A DNA stretch of 45,820 bases from a virus (Duplodnaviria > Caudoviricetes), in the IMG/VR virus record IMGVR_UViG_3300033067_002195, positions 1-45,820 of that record. The stretch is one strand, 5' to 3'. The translations under genes and the position numbers were made by a program. Numbering within the stretch: position 1 is the stretch's first letter; each line of letters opens with the position of its first letter. Shown here piece after piece: positions 45,698 to 45,820 of this stretch. Under the pieces are notes generated by a model. That model had not been told where the DNA came from. It was given only the letters and a program-made list of their open reading frames with translations, and searched no databases.

Positions 45698-45820
45698 AAT
45701 TAGCGAGGCAGAACAAGGTAATGGTACTGAAAGCTTCAATTTTTGGTACCTGGTAAGCTAGGCAATCTATTAAAACAACAATCGCTAAACCATCCCCCAC
45801 CCCCTTTATAAATAAAAACA

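Noticed and set aside
1-45820. Stop-codon reassignment as in some CPR and phage lineages
   Set aside because: Core genes are intact in code 11, and TAA, TAG and TGA all terminate tightly packed genes.

Overview
The window looks like a complete or nearly complete ~45.8 kb AT-rich tailed-phage genome with a podovirus-like layout, read in the standard genetic code. I see no tape-measure gene, DNA polymerase, integrase, tRNA or CRISPR array. Layout: a non-coding left end with a symmetric 11-6-11 dif-like site; a + strand early operon of small genes plus a SNF2 helicase (570-4470); a - strand replication/accessory operon (17630->4527; RHH regulator, SSB-like protein, PD-(D/E)XK nuclease, stand-alone CHC2 Zn finger, YopX, HNH, phosphoesterase, AAA+ ATPase, many tiny genes); a - strand late operon (45015->17778; VRR-NUC, terminase, portal, scaffold, capsid, tail and ejection proteins, two signal-peptide adhesin-like proteins, lysis genes); and a + strand RHH-like regulator at the right end. 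Several genes point to a Patescibacteria (CPR) host (inference). The most striking unexplained structure is in the early operon: each small gene or gene pair is enclosed by long-range complementary arms containing G-U pairs on the mRNA strand. In two units the arms also pair the GGCAAGG ribosome-binding motif with the bases right after the stop codon and offer an alternative register, and together they form a gapless multi-way junction. Other highlights are an HNH gene that has captured the YopX C-terminus, repeated linker and 3'-end sequences in the accessory array, and DnaA-box-like motifs beside the promoters.
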